This document shows, in pieces, positions 9,759-19,756 of a stretch of 64,000 nucleotides of DNA (its first letter is position 1; each line of letters begins with the position of its first letter). The DNA lies in assembly GCA_965263295.1 (NCBI GenBank), contig OZ253665.1:288001-352000 (forward strand), in the 5' to 3' direction. The position numbers were made by a program, and so were the translations under genes. The notes beneath the pieces were generated by a model that was given only the letters and a program-made list of their open reading frames with translations, was not told where the DNA came from and ran no database searches. The DNA comes from Spirochaetia bacterium. Its GTDB lineage: Bacteria; Spirochaetota; Spirochaetia; SP-2023.

Positions 9759-11600
9759 TTAAAGCCCTCCCAATTTTTGCCGAGCAACGGCAGAATCTGC
9801 CTTGCCCCACATAATTGCCAGTTTTTTGAATCTAAGTACATCCGTATTGAAGTCGAAAATCAGGCGGGCAATAAACAGCGCGGTAAACAAGGAACAGACG
9901 ATGCCCCAGGCCAAAGTAATCGCAAAACCCTGAATCCCGCCGTTACCCAACATGGCTAAACAAATCGCCGCAATACCAGTTGTAATATTGGAGTCGATAA
10001 TGGTCCAGAAAGCCCGCGAAAAACCGACTTCAATCGCTGCACGACGGCTTTTGCCTGATCGCAACTCTTCTTTGATCCTCTCGTAAATAATCACGTTAGC
10101 ATCCACAGAAATACCAATAGTCAAAATAATACCGGCTATCCCAGTCAGGGTCAGGGTACTATTCATAGTTGCCAAAATGGCAATCAGAAAAAATAAGTTT
10201 AAAACCAGCGCCAGATCGGCAATAAAGCCAGCAGAGCGATAGTAAAACAGCATAAAAAGCATCACCGCAAGCAGGCCGACGCCGATACCAATCAGGCCGG
10301 AGCGAATACTCTGTTCCCCAAGGGTGGCGCCGACCACGCGCTGCGAGTCAATATCCAGCGAAACAGGCAAATTGCCCGAATTGAGCACATTGACCAGATT
10401 TTTCGCCTCCTGGTCACTGAAGCGACCGGTGATGCGGCCGCCGCTGTACGAACTGGCGCCACCTGCGTTCTTGCTGATACGCGGGTAAGACAACACGCGT
10501 TTATCGAGCACAATAGCCATCAAGCGCTCACCGTTATTTGTAAAAATCTTCTGCTGCTTGGCCGCCCCGTCCTGATTCAGGTTGTAATTAATCTCCCATT
10601 GCCCGACTTGATTCTTATTCATTTGGGCATTGGTAATATTCTCACCATCGAGCAAGACATCTGACTCCAGCACGAGGTAGCCCCGCAACCTGTCCATACC
10701 AAACTTATCTTTTTCGTAGTAGCCTCGAATTACTTTGCCGGCAGGTAAATTGTAATCTTTAAATTCCCCCACCTCTGACAGGTCACGGGATTTAGCCGGG
10801 TTGGCGTTCAAATACTGGCCGAGTCTGTCCGTCTCAGATTCGTCGACCAAGTGGAATTCTAAACTGCCTTTGACCTGAAGTAAACTTTCGAGCACACCAG
10901 TATCGGTCTGCCCAGACTTATTGTTTTGACTGGGGACGACAATTTCAATGCGACCATCCTGATAAGAGTGGATCTCCGGCTCAGTCAAACCGAACTGGTC
11001 GACGCGATTTTGCAAAGAAGTCACGATCCGATCCCGCAGATAACGAGTGATATCGTTGCGCCCCTGAGGGCTATCAGCCATTAACTCTTCTACTTTCGCA
11101 TCGAACTCACTCTGATTGGGACGCACCATGACGCTTTGACCGCCATTCAAATCCAGGCCCAGACGTAAAGAGCTAGACTTGCGGCCGCGATACACGAGTA
11201 CCTGCTCCAGCAAATAGTCCTCCAGGCTAGAACGCATCAATTCGCGACCATCGTTATCGCCGCCAAACATTTTGGCGATGGCTTCCAAGGTCCAGGAAGC
11301 CGGCTTCTGAATATCTCGATAGCTTTTCTGGTAGCGCTTGGCCACTGTCAAAATATAATGCAGATTCTCTGGCAAGGCTGCGGCCAAAGCATCTTTATCT
11401 TTTGAGGACAAGTTCTGGAACTCCAGCATGTCCTTTTCCGATTGCAGGCGCAGCTCTTGTGCCAGCGCCGTGCGCGTCATGTTCGCAAACACCTGCTGTT
11501 CCTCGGTGGCGATAAAATACCACCATATACTTGGATATAAACCCCACAGAGCCAGAGCCAGGCTCAACAGGACAATGCTCAGGCGAGATATTTTACCCAT
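9759..11600 (-). CDS. secD: Protein translocase subunit SecD
   Basis: LRLGLDLNGG, RVDQFGLTEP, GISVDANVIIYERIKEE, IIDSNITT. Confidence 0.96.
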   Translation of the reverse strand: MGKISRLSIVLLSLALALWGLYPSIWWYFIATEEQQVFANMTRTALAQELRLQSEKDMLEFQNLSSKDKDALAAALPENLHYILTVAKRYQKSYRDIQKPASWTLEAIAKMFGGDNDGRELMRSSLEDYLLEQVLVYRGRKSSSLRLGLDLNGGQSVMVRPNQSEFDAKVEELMADSPQGRNDITRYLRDRIVTSLQNRVDQFGLTEPEIHSYQDGRIEIVVPSQNNKSGQTDTGVLESLLQVKGSLEFHLVDESETDRLGQYLNANPAKSRDLSEVGEFKDYNLPAGKVIRGYYEKDKFGMDRLRGYLVLESDVLLDGENITNAQMNKNQVGQWEINYNLNQDGAAKQQKIFTNNGERLMAIVLDKRVLSYPRISKNAGGASSYSGGRITGRFSDQEAKNLVNVLNSGNLPVSLDIDSQRVVGATLGEQSIRSGLIGIGVGLLAVMLFMLFYYRSAGFIADLALVLNLFFLIAILATMNSTLTLTGIAGIILTIGISVDANVIIYERIKEELRSGKSRRAAIEVGFSRAFWTIIDSNITTGIAAICLAMLGNGGIQGFAITLAWGIVCSLFTALFIARLIFDFNTDVLRFKKLAIMWGKADSAVARQKLGGL

Positions 11601-11620
11601 AATTCACCAATTAGCGGGCT

Positions 11621-12133
11621 TTATAAGGCCCCCTCTTCTCCCTTAATTTGCTTATCGTTGTCTTCAGCTTTCTCGTCTTTGTCCTTTTTGATTTTTGCTG
11701 CGCCATTTTGCTTGCCAGAATTCAAAATCTCGCTGCGACGACGGGCATTTTCTTTCTCATCCAGCAACACTTCGGCAATAGCCGAACGAGAAAATTCAAT
11801 CTTACAATTATCGTCAACCTTGATACTCACGGTTTCGTCACTGACCTTGGCCACTGAGCCCCGCACGCCGCCGATGGTAACCACACGGTCATTTTTTTCA
11901 ATGGTTTTCAGCATCGCTTCGCGCTGTTTTTGTTTCTGCCTTTGGGGGCGAATCATAAAAAACCAGAACACGACAAAAATAAGCCCCATAAAGACAAAAG
12001 TCTGAACCATACTGGGCCCCTCGCCGCCCGCGCCAGATTGTGGCGCCGCCAACAGGAACAAGCCCGCGTGCCGAATTGCGCAAACCTGACCGAAAAAGTC
12101 CTGACTCGCAAGATTTTGCATAGCAGAAAACAT
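11621..12133 (-). CDS. yajC: Preprotein translocase subunit YajC
   Basis: FWFFMIRPQRQKQK...DRVVTIGGVRG, directly upstream of secD. Confidence 0.93.
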   Translation of the reverse strand: MFSAMQNLASQDFFGQVCAIRHAGLFLLAAPQSGAGGEGPSMVQTFVFMGLIFVVFWFFMIRPQRQKQKQREAMLKTIEKNDRVVTIGGVRGSVAKVSDETVSIKVDDNCKIEFSRSAIAEVLLDEKENARRRSEILNSGKQNGAAKIKKDKDEKAEDNDKQIKGEEGAL

Positions 12134-12363
12134 GTCTTGTACTCCTCAAATTAAATTCCCGCCTGAGTTCCTACCACAAAAAACCTTCCGGGCTAAAAAC
12201 AGACAGGGAGAACTAAAGCCCGGCCAAAACCAAGGTAAATATAGAATGACAAAGCATTAAGCAAGAATAAAATGCATGAATCACATCCCACACCCACGGC
12301 AAACAACCAGGCGCGGTTGCAAAAGCATTTTGCAGTGGAGCGGAATGTAACATGTCGCAGCCA

Positions 12364-14946
12364 TTAGGTCAAGTACCTATAAGCTTTTCGCAGATCTACA
12401 CCACGCCTAAAACGCGAGCTGAAAGCCCAGCGCAAAAGTATCGGCGTCAGGTACAAATCCGCGAACAGAGCCGCCAGCATGGCAATTATAGTATACAAGC
12501 CCATATAACTAATGTTAGCCGCCCGCGAGAGCAGCAGCGAGGCAAACAAGACACAAAGGATCAATGTCGTCGTAATCAGTGCCGGGGCTATTTGATTTAG
12601 TGCTACCTTGATCACCCGGTCAATCTGGGCATAGCTGTAGAGCCCCCGACTCCCCGTAGAATCTTGGCACCTTAAGAGCCATTGCACATAACCGAGGAAA
12701 TATACCGTGTCATCGACTGCCAAGCCAATAATCATAGGCCCTACAGTCATGGAAACGAACTCTAACTGGCGCCCCAACAGCACCACTGCGGCCCCACTCA
12801 GAAGAACCGGGAACAAATTAGGCACCAGGGCAATCAGGCCAATACGCAGGCTGCGCAGCAAGACGAAGAGCAGCAAGGACACAAGCAGCAGCGATATTGC
12901 AAAAGAATGCAGCAAGCCATAAGTGATGTACTGATTCATAATGGCCAATTGAAAAACTCCACCCAGGGGTTCGACGCGCACGCCCCAAGCTGCCGGAAAG
13001 AATTCCGCCGCCTGTCGGCGGACCTCCTGCATGTGGGCAATATTTTCTTCAGAACTACCCTGACGCACTTGCACCAGGATGCGCAGACTGTGGTCACCGG
13101 CTGAGTACCACTGGTCACTCTCCCCCTGAAACAAATGTTCCCAAGTGAGCAAGGCCTGTTGCGCCTGGCGCGCCGTGGGCGGAAATTCAGAACTTCCGCG
13201 GTAAGTCCGTTGCACACTTTGAATGAAATTCGTAACCGATGTGACATTCTTTACCAACTCATTGCTCGCCAGGCGTTGTTCAAACTTTGCCACCTGCCGC
13301 AGGTATTGGGGTTGCAATGCTTCTTCGGCAAAGATTAAATCCACATTGTAAAAGCCCCCGGCACCCGTCTCTGAACGTGAAACCTGCATTAGTTCGCGCA
13401 CATATTCAAACTTTGCACCCAGGACGGACTCAGTCGACAAATCTACCTGCAATTGCGGCAGAAGCCACAGACTGAACGCCATTAGCAAAGCTGCCAGCAC
13501 CAGAGTCACACGCCGCCTGCGATAGCAAAGTAGGGCCAGACAAATAACTGGAGCGTATACGGCCTTCTGAATGCGGCGCTGTAAGCGCACGGCACGCCGC
13601 GTATCGGGCCTGCGGGTCCGTTTGCCCGCATTTAGCAACAAGCTACTAAACAGTGTCAAAGAAAATACATAAGAAAAACTGACCGCCAGGGCGGACTGCA
13701 ACCCGGCTGTCCGTATCATGGGAATAGGTACGACAAGGAAACTGAGTAGAGAAAGTACAGTCGTCAAAGCAGCAAAACTCAAGGGGCGGAAATTCTGCGC
13801 CAAAGCCTGAGACAAAACCTGCCGCGCTCGCACACTCTGCGAATGCCCCCCTCCACGATGGCAGAAACCCTGCTTCTCCCACGACTTTTCAATGTGCACG
13901 CAATAACTGATGCTGCTGGCAAATCCCAGCAGAACCGGTATCATGACGAAGGTCTTGTCAATCGCCATGTCTAGCCAGGCACTGAGCCCGAAGACAAGCA
14001 ATACATTGGCCACGACACAGAGCAGTGCAGCTACAGCGGCCATGCGGCTTTGCATGAGTATAAAAATGCATATCAGACAAACCAGACTCGCAATGCCGAG
14101 CACTTTAATTAGGTCCGCACTCAATTCGCGCTCCAAGCGATGACTGTTCACAGGGATTCCCACCGGAATAAACTTCAACTCTGGGTCCGCAAATTTGCCC
14201 TGATAGCGTCTCAACAGCGCGTCGAGCAGCTCTCCCACGATGCTCCCGGGTTCCTGTTCGCCTGCCCTCTCCAACAATTCACTGACAGTACGCAGTTTGG
14301 CCTGCTGGAATAACGATGGCAATTGCCACGACCAATCTGCGACCTGGCTAACCTGATGATTGAATGAACGCTGCACCAGATAGTCACGAAACGACTCCAA
14401 CTTGCCCACATCCACTAATGGAGCCGTCGGTTCCGCAGCGGCTTTCTGCCGCAGTTGCGCAAAGTAACTATCATAAGGGTAAACTTCGACGAGTAGCCAA
14501 AGGCTACGCCAGTCTTGCGAATGCAAGGAATCCAGCTCGGGAAACTTCGCCGCAAAATCACGCACATACTGCAAACGTTCTGCCGCCGTATCGCCATGAC
14601 TCTTTAGCCACAGACCGCTCAGACTCCGCACCGAACGCACATAGGGCAGCTGCTCTATCTCACGGCTCAGCAGGCTAAGTCGGTCCATTACTTGGGGCTG
14701 CAACAAGTCTTCATGCGGCGCGGCGGCTTCGCCTAGTTCGACATAAATCCCGATATTGTCGCCAATCTGATATTTCTGCTTAAATTCCCGGTTGGCGCGG
14801 GCACTTTCGTCGCGCTGCAAAAAAAACTTGCCTGGGTTCACGTCAATATGCAAACGAGGCAAGGCCGCGGCGGCGGCGACCAACAACAGGGTCAGAGCCA
14901 GCCACAACCACGGCGAATAACGCCCCAGCCACTTGGCATATGCCAT
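12364..14946 (-). CDS. MMPL/RND-family transporter
   Basis: Two repeats of periplasmic domain plus TM bundle (ALVPNLFPV, IGLAVDDTVYF). Start moved to the ATG at 14946 (MAYAKW) to avoid the overlap with the upstream gene. Confidence 0.82.
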   Translation of the reverse strand: MAYAKWLGRYSPWLWLALTLLLVAAAAALPRLHIDVNPGKFFLQRDESARANREFKQKYQIGDNIGIYVELGEAAAPHEDLLQPQVMDRLSLLSREIEQLPYVRSVRSLSGLWLKSHGDTAAERLQYVRDFAAKFPELDSLHSQDWRSLWLLVEVYPYDSYFAQLRQKAAAEPTAPLVDVGKLESFRDYLVQRSFNHQVSQVADWSWQLPSLFQQAKLRTVSELLERAGEQEPGSIVGELLDALLRRYQGKFADPELKFIPVGIPVNSHRLERELSADLIKVLGIASLVCLICIFILMQSRMAAVAALLCVVANVLLVFGLSAWLDMAIDKTFVMIPVLLGFASSISYCVHIEKSWEKQGFCHRGGGHSQSVRARQVLSQALAQNFRPLSFAALTTVLSLLSFLVVPIPMIRTAGLQSALAVSFSYVFSLTLFSSLLLNAGKRTRRPDTRRAVRLQRRIQKAVYAPVICLALLCYRRRRVTLVLAALLMAFSLWLLPQLQVDLSTESVLGAKFEYVRELMQVSRSETGAGGFYNVDLIFAEEALQPQYLRQVAKFEQRLASNELVKNVTSVTNFIQSVQRTYRGSSEFPPTARQAQQALLTWEHLFQGESDQWYSAGDHSLRILVQVRQGSSEENIAHMQEVRRQAAEFFPAAWGVRVEPLGGVFQLAIMNQYITYGLLHSFAISLLLVSLLLFVLLRSLRIGLIALVPNLFPVLLSGAAVVLLGRQLEFVSMTVGPMIIGLAVDDTVYFLGYVQWLLRCQDSTGSRGLYSYAQIDRVIKVALNQIAPALITTTLILCVLFASLLLSRAANISYMGLYTIIAMLAALFADLYLTPILLRWAFSSRFRRGVDLRKAYRYLT

Positions 14947-15152
14947 ATATATTTTGGCCTCAGGCTGGCGCGAGCGCAGCTTGAGGCTGCGGAACTTTGA
15001 TCTCTTTAACAAATAGAACTCCTGTGGCTCAAATTGATCTTGACCCCGCCAGGTGAGAAATAAAAGCCGCATTGAAAACGGTTTAAAACCTGCGAGCTGT
15101 TGGAACTCAGCATATTTTGAGTTGCAACTTACAAAATATTGCCTCTCAAATT

Positions 15153-16808
15153 TTACAGCATGGCAAAGTCTAGTTCCAAACAAGCAAAGGGGCAACGATC
15201 TTGAGCTGCGGGATAGAGCTGCTGCAGCAAGGGCCACAACGCGGGAGCCAGGAGCTTGCGCAGCCGCAGCAAGAGCGCCGCCCCGGGCCTAAGCTGTGGC
15301 TGCTCGCCCGGCAGCCAGGCAAAGCGCATCAATAACTGGCTGCCAGCACCTTCCCGGCCGTCAGCGTCACGGCTGCCGCGCAGCTCTCCATAAGCTTTGC
15401 ACGCTGTATAATCCGTTTCCCAACGCTTTGCCGTCCCACCCGCCTCCAGCAAACTGAGTTCTGGCCAATAGCCGTGCCAATGCAGTTGGGTAAAACCGGA
15501 CATTCGCGCAGCTGCTGCCGGCTCTGTCTGGCCGGCGGCTCGCAAGCCGGCCTGTCGCATACCGAAGGGCGGCAGCCACTGTAAGTGCCGCCGCAACTGC
15601 GGCAGCAGGCGCCGCTGTACCGCCCGCCATACGTTATTTAGGCTGGCGGGCTGTAACTCCGAACTGCCCTGTGCCGATACTGGCGGCTCATCCTCAAGCT
15701 CAAGCTGCGGCGAAGGCACCGCGGCAGAGAGTGGCGCAAAATTGCGCAGACCCCAGTCGAGCAGGGCCTCAGCCTCAGCGGCACGCCGCTTCAAGCCCCG
15801 CGTCACATCATTGGCGCGAATACCCATCAAAACAGCGATAAGACGCCAGTCCCCGCGTCTTAACTCGGCCGTAAAGTTAAAACCCGCTTCATAGGTAAAA
15901 CCCGTCTTCAGGCCGTCAATCTCAGGGTAGTGAGCCAGCAAGAGGTTGGTATTGCGCTTGCGGCGCCCCAGCACTTCAATTTCCTGCTGGCGGTGCCAGG
16001 CCAGAGCCTGGGGAAAGCTATGAACGTAATAGGCCGCCAGATGCGCCATGTCCAAAGGCGAAATCAGGTCGTCCTCGCTCCAGCCGTCCGGGTCGACAAA
16101 CTGTGCTGATTCCAGGCCCAATGCTGTGGCGCGGCGGTTCATACGCGCCACGAAACGGGCCAAAGCTTCGGACTCGCCCAGTTGCTCGCCCTCCCGCGCG
16201 ACTTCGCGCTCAGCCAAAATAGCCAGGGCATAAATGGCATCATTGGCCGAAATAATAATGCTGTAAGAAAGTAGTTCGGCCCAACTGTGCCACTCGCCGG
16301 CCTTCAGACCCGCAACCGCGGCATCAAAGGGCCGCTCTGTGGCGGCCGCAAGTGAAGGCACCCGCCGCAGTTCCTCCACGTTGACGCCCTGCCGCTGCAA
16401 AATCTCTTGCACCAGCAACAAGCTCATCAACTTAGCCATCGAGGCCGTAGGCCGAGCTGTCGTCGCATCGCGCTGCCACAGCAGCTGGCCGGCGGACCAC
16501 GACCGCTCAAGGGGGCTGACGCCTCCTTGCCGCACGGCGTAAAGGGCGGCCCCAGGGGCCGTGATCTGCTCCACCGCAGAGTGCAGTACCGCAGAATAAG
16601 CTAGCTGTGGCACGGCATCGGGCGGGGCGACTTGCTGCCACAACGGAGCTCCAGAAGCCGGCAGCTCGGCCAGGTTCCCTGGCAATGCGCCCAGAGCCGA
16701 ATTATCATGCGAACTATAATGCAAGAGCAGCGCCAAAGCGGCGAGCGTACTCAACACGAGAAAAAGCACAGCCGAGAGCAACTGAGCCTGAATATTCAGA
16801 CTGGCCAC
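15153..16808 (-). CDS. D-alanyl-D-alanine carboxypeptidase (peptidase S11)
   Basis: SxxK (ASMAK), SxN (SAND) and KTG (GLKTGFT) motifs; N-terminal TM/signal. Confidence 0.85.
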   Translation of the reverse strand: MASLNIQAQLLSAVLFLVLSTLAALALLLHYSSHDNSALGALPGNLAELPASGAPLWQQVAPPDAVPQLAYSAVLHSAVEQITAPGAALYAVRQGGVSPLERSWSAGQLLWQRDATTARPTASMAKLMSLLLVQEILQRQGVNVEELRRVPSLAAATERPFDAAVAGLKAGEWHSWAELLSYSIIISANDAIYALAILAEREVAREGEQLGESEALARFVARMNRRATALGLESAQFVDPDGWSEDDLISPLDMAHLAAYYVHSFPQALAWHRQQEIEVLGRRKRNTNLLLAHYPEIDGLKTGFTYEAGFNFTAELRRGDWRLIAVLMGIRANDVTRGLKRRAAEAEALLDWGLRNFAPLSAAVPSPQLELEDEPPVSAQGSSELQPASLNNVWRAVQRRLLPQLRRHLQWLPPFGMRQAGLRAAGQTEPAAAARMSGFTQLHWHGYWPELSLLEAGGTAKRWETDYTACKAYGELRGSRDADGREGAGSQLLMRFAWLPGEQPQLRPGAALLLRLRKLLAPALWPLLQQLYPAAQDRCPFACLELDFAML

Positions 16809-16898
16809 AGCGCTGTGCGGCCGCGCTTCAGCGCAAGGCTCCAGGTTCTGTACGGATTCCTTTTCGGGCGCGGCGACAGATTTAATGACAGAACCTCG

Positions 16899-17579
16899 CT
16901 AAAGACTCAGAAAGTACTCGTGCAACAAAGTACTGTCTGTCAGCTCAGGATGGAAACTGGCAACCACCACCTTGTCTTGCTGCAAGCAAATAGCTTGCGC
17001 TTCGTAGCGCAGCAGTACACGGACACCCGGCCCCCAAGATACCGCCTGCGGGGCGCGAATGAATATCAGCGGCAACGCAGTGCCGTTCTGCCCGCGCTGG
17101 CGCACAAAATCGGCAAAATCGGTTGCTTGCGGCCGTTGCCGCAGCAAGTCCAGTTGCGTGCTAAAACTGGCTATCTGACGACCATAGGCATTGCGCCGGA
17201 CTTGCAAATCAATAGCTCCAAGGCAGGGCTGTTCGCCAAAATTGCGCGTGTGATCAGCCAGCCGCCTACCCGCGCTGTGTTCAGGGCCCACGCCATCACT
17301 CAGAGCGGCAATATGGCGCGAAAGCAGTATCATGCCGGCACAGGTCCCCAACATGGGCATGCCCGCCTGGGCACGTTTGAGCAGAGGCTGCCAGAGATCG
17401 GCCTTTTGCAACAGGCGATACATGGTTGTGCTCTCGCCGCCGGGAATCACCAGGCGCTCACAGCGCTCCAGCTCTTGGGGGCGGCGCACCTCTATGGTGG
17501 CGACACCGCAGCGACTCAAGGCCTCGCGGTGCTTGGCATAATCGCCCTGCATCGCCAGGACCCCACATAAATTACTCAT
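16899..17579 (-). CDS. pdxT: Pyridoxal 5'-phosphate synthase glutaminase subunit
   Basis: GVLAMQG, PGGESTT, GTCAGMI, RNAYGRQ, FIRAP, FHPEL. Confidence 0.95.
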   Translation of the reverse strand: MSNLCGVLAMQGDYAKHREALSRCGVATIEVRRPQELERCERLVIPGGESTTMYRLLQKADLWQPLLKRAQAGMPMLGTCAGMILLSRHIAALSDGVGPEHSAGRRLADHTRNFGEQPCLGAIDLQVRRNAYGRQIASFSTQLDLLRQRPQATDFADFVRQRGQNGTALPLIFIRAPQAVSWGPGVRVLLRYEAQAICLQQDKVVVASFHPELTDSTLLHEYFLSL

Positions 17580-17628
17580 CTAGCTCACTCAGAATGCAAG
17601 AAGACGCAGACAAAACCAGAAATATCAT
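17572..17628 (-). CDS. Putative 18-aa upstream ORF (MIFLVLSASSCILSELDE) overlapping the pdxT start
   Basis: Strong tandem SD (GAGGAGGCAGGAGG) 5 nt before the ATG; the ORF overlaps the pdxT start by 8 nt. Confidence 0.35.
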   Translation of the reverse strand: MIFLVLSASSCILSELDE

Positions 17629-17685
17629 GGATACCTCCTGCCTCCTCGGTTTTGTTTTATCTGGCTCAAGTGCAAATAGCGTTGC

Positions 17686-18597
17686 TCACCAGCCGCGGCG
17701 CGCGAGGCGCGCCTCTTCGCTCAGCTCGTCCATGCCAATGCCCGTCATCGCTTCGCCCAGGTCGTAAGACAATTCGGCCAGCTTCTTCGGCTCCCGATAA
17801 AAGGTTACGGCCTCGACGATGGCCTTGGCCCGCTCCGCCGGATTGCCAGACTTGAATATGCCCGAACCGACAAACACCGATTCGGCCCCCAGGCTCATCA
17901 TTAGGGCGGCATCCGCCGGCGTGGCTATGCCACCTGCCGAAAAGTTTGGCACGGGCAGGCGGCCCAGTTCCCGCACTTCCAGCAGTAATTCGTAGGACAC
18001 TCCCCAATCCTTTGCCATGCTAGCCAGCTCGTCGCGGCGGGCAGAATGCACGCGGCGAATTTCGGCCTGCAGGGTGCGCATGTGGCGCACAGCCTCAAGC
18101 ACATCGCCGGTACCGGCCTCGCCCTTGGTGCGGATCATGGCCGCACCCTCGCCAATGCGGCGCAAGGCTTCGCCCAAGTCGCGGCAGCCACAGACGAAAG
18201 GCACCTTGAAATCATGTTTGTCAATATGGTAGACATCGTCGGCCGGAGTCAGGACTTCACTCTCGTCGATAAAGTCCAGTTCCAGCGCTTCAAGTATCTG
18301 GGCCTCGACAAAGTGGCCGATGCGGCACTTGGCCATTACGGGAATGGAAACAGTGTTTTGAATCTCCTGGATTAATTTAGGATCCGACATGCGCGCGACG
18401 CCACCTTCAGCTCTTATGTCAGCGGGCACGCGCTCTAGCGCCATTACCGCGACCGCTCCCGCTTCTTCGGCAATGCGGGCATGCTCGGCGGTGACTACGT
18501 CCATGATCACACCACCTTTGAGCATCTCGGCAAGGCCGACATTGTGCTTCCAGTTGCCACTGGCCCGGCGTTGCTGTAGTCCGTTTGCTTCACTCAT
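17686..18597 (-). CDS. pdxS: Pyridoxal 5'-phosphate synthase lyase subunit
   Basis: [53 protein letters not shown]. Confidence 0.98.
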   Translation of the reverse strand: MSEANGLQQRRASGNWKHNVGLAEMLKGGVIMDVVTAEHARIAEEAGAVAVMALERVPADIRAEGGVARMSDPKLIQEIQNTVSIPVMAKCRIGHFVEAQILEALELDFIDESEVLTPADDVYHIDKHDFKVPFVCGCRDLGEALRRIGEGAAMIRTKGEAGTGDVLEAVRHMRTLQAEIRRVHSARRDELASMAKDWGVSYELLLEVRELGRLPVPNFSAGGIATPADAALMMSLGAESVFVGSGIFKSGNPAERAKAIVEAVTFYREPKKLAELSYDLGEAMTGIGMDELSEEARLARRGW

Positions 18598-18704
18598 GCT
18601 AGTTACTCCTTTATTAATTAGGACTAAAGTTACAGTCTATTGTTTTTAAGCGCTTACGGCTACTGTTCGGAGACTTTCAGTCCACAGTCTGCCTTCCCAC
18701 TGGC

Positions 18705-18735
18705 ATGGGTAAAAAGTATGGGTAAAAAGTATGGG
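18705..18735. repeat. 13-bp tandem repeat (ATGGGTAAAAAGT x2.4)
   Basis: Read directly: atgggtaaaaagt atgggtaaaaagt atggg. Confidence 0.85.
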
Positions 18736-18799
18736 CCGCAATTGTCCTCGCACTGCCGGCGCAGCACAAAGGCTCTGGAGCAAGTGCAGCTGCGAGAGC

Positions 18800-19741
18800 T
18801 CAATCTGAAATCATGTCCCAATCGGCTTGGCGCACTTCGCCAGTTTGATAAAACTGGCGAAGTAACTTGATGTAGCTTAAAAAATCCGTGTTTTCCTCAG
18901 TCAGTCTATTGGCCGTGTCCCAGTCGATTTCGCCGCGCTCCTGCGCGGGAATCATAATCTGGCTTTCTGAGATATCTTCCGCATCAAGCCGTATAAAGCC
19001 AATTCCATGCCGGCTTGCGAGCATGCGCAGCTCTTTGAGAGTCTCCGCTCCTTCAATCTCGCCGGCGACAAGATAGCCCCAATTAGCCCATGAGGAATTA
19101 CTTACGGCCTGAAAGAAGGCTTCACGCACATTGGAGCGGTTGACCAGAATTTTAACTTCAAAAGACCACAACTTTGTCTTTTTCTTCATGTATTGCTGCA
19201 CACAGTCCTTAATCTCGCGCTGCCAGTCACAGCTGAGATCTTCCATGCCAACCAGATCGGGATGCAGCCATTTATTGGCACCGGCTCCATGCGAGTTACG
19301 GGAGCGCTTTTCATCAATGTGCTTGCTGTAAACCTCAAGTTCAGACCACAAGAAACTCGAGAGCATGCGATACATGTCACGCTCTCTGGCGATCGCGCCA
19401 TTGGCAAGTAAAGCGGCTGCGTTGCCTTCTGCCCGGTCGATTTCTGCACTGTCGCTCGATTCAGTAAAATAATACTTGCGAGGTCGACTTTCTGTGGTTT
19501 TGATTTCAGGATCTTGTTTTTGCATGCGGGGACGCTGCGAGCTAATCTCAGCGGCAAGTTGCTGCACAAGCGCCGTGTCATTGTCGAGCGGGATTACCTT
19601 TGCATTAGAGCGCTGTTGCTTTTGGCGACACTCCACGGGATACGTCGCAAATATCCACTTGGCGATTTCCCGTGCCGTAAACTTACGCTGCGGATTTTGC
19701 CGCAAAAATTCGACAACGATGTTAGCCAAATTTAGTCCCAT
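18800..19741 (-). CDS. HrgA/COG2958-like protein (N-terminal HTH plus PD-(D/E)xK nuclease-like domain)
   Basis: KFTAREIAKWIF...RPRKYY N-domain; NKWLHPDLVG, WSFEVK, REAFFQAVSNSSWANWGYLVA. Confidence 0.8.
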   Translation of the reverse strand: MGLNLANIVVEFLRQNPQRKFTAREIAKWIFATYPVECRQKQQRSNAKVIPLDNDTALVQQLAAEISSQRPRMQKQDPEIKTTESRPRKYYFTESSDSAEIDRAEGNAAALLANGAIARERDMYRMLSSFLWSELEVYSKHIDEKRSRNSHGAGANKWLHPDLVGMEDLSCDWQREIKDCVQQYMKKKTKLWSFEVKILVNRSNVREAFFQAVSNSSWANWGYLVAGEIEGAETLKELRMLASRHGIGFIRLDAEDISESQIMIPAQERGEIDWDTANRLTEENTDFLSYIKLLRQFYQTGEVRQADWDMISD

Positions 19742-19756
19742 GCTTCAATCTCCCTA

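Noticed and set aside
14947..15237. N-terminal extension of the MMPL ORF as given in the track
   Set aside because: It overlaps the upstream gene and is not family-like; the ATG at 14946 fits better.
16632..17570. 312-aa plus-strand ORF
   Set aside because: It is an antisense shadow of pdxT and the carboxypeptidase in GC-rich DNA, with no recognisable motifs. The same applies to 7602-8255, 25804-26481, 32821-33423, 56423-57100 and 63341-63889.
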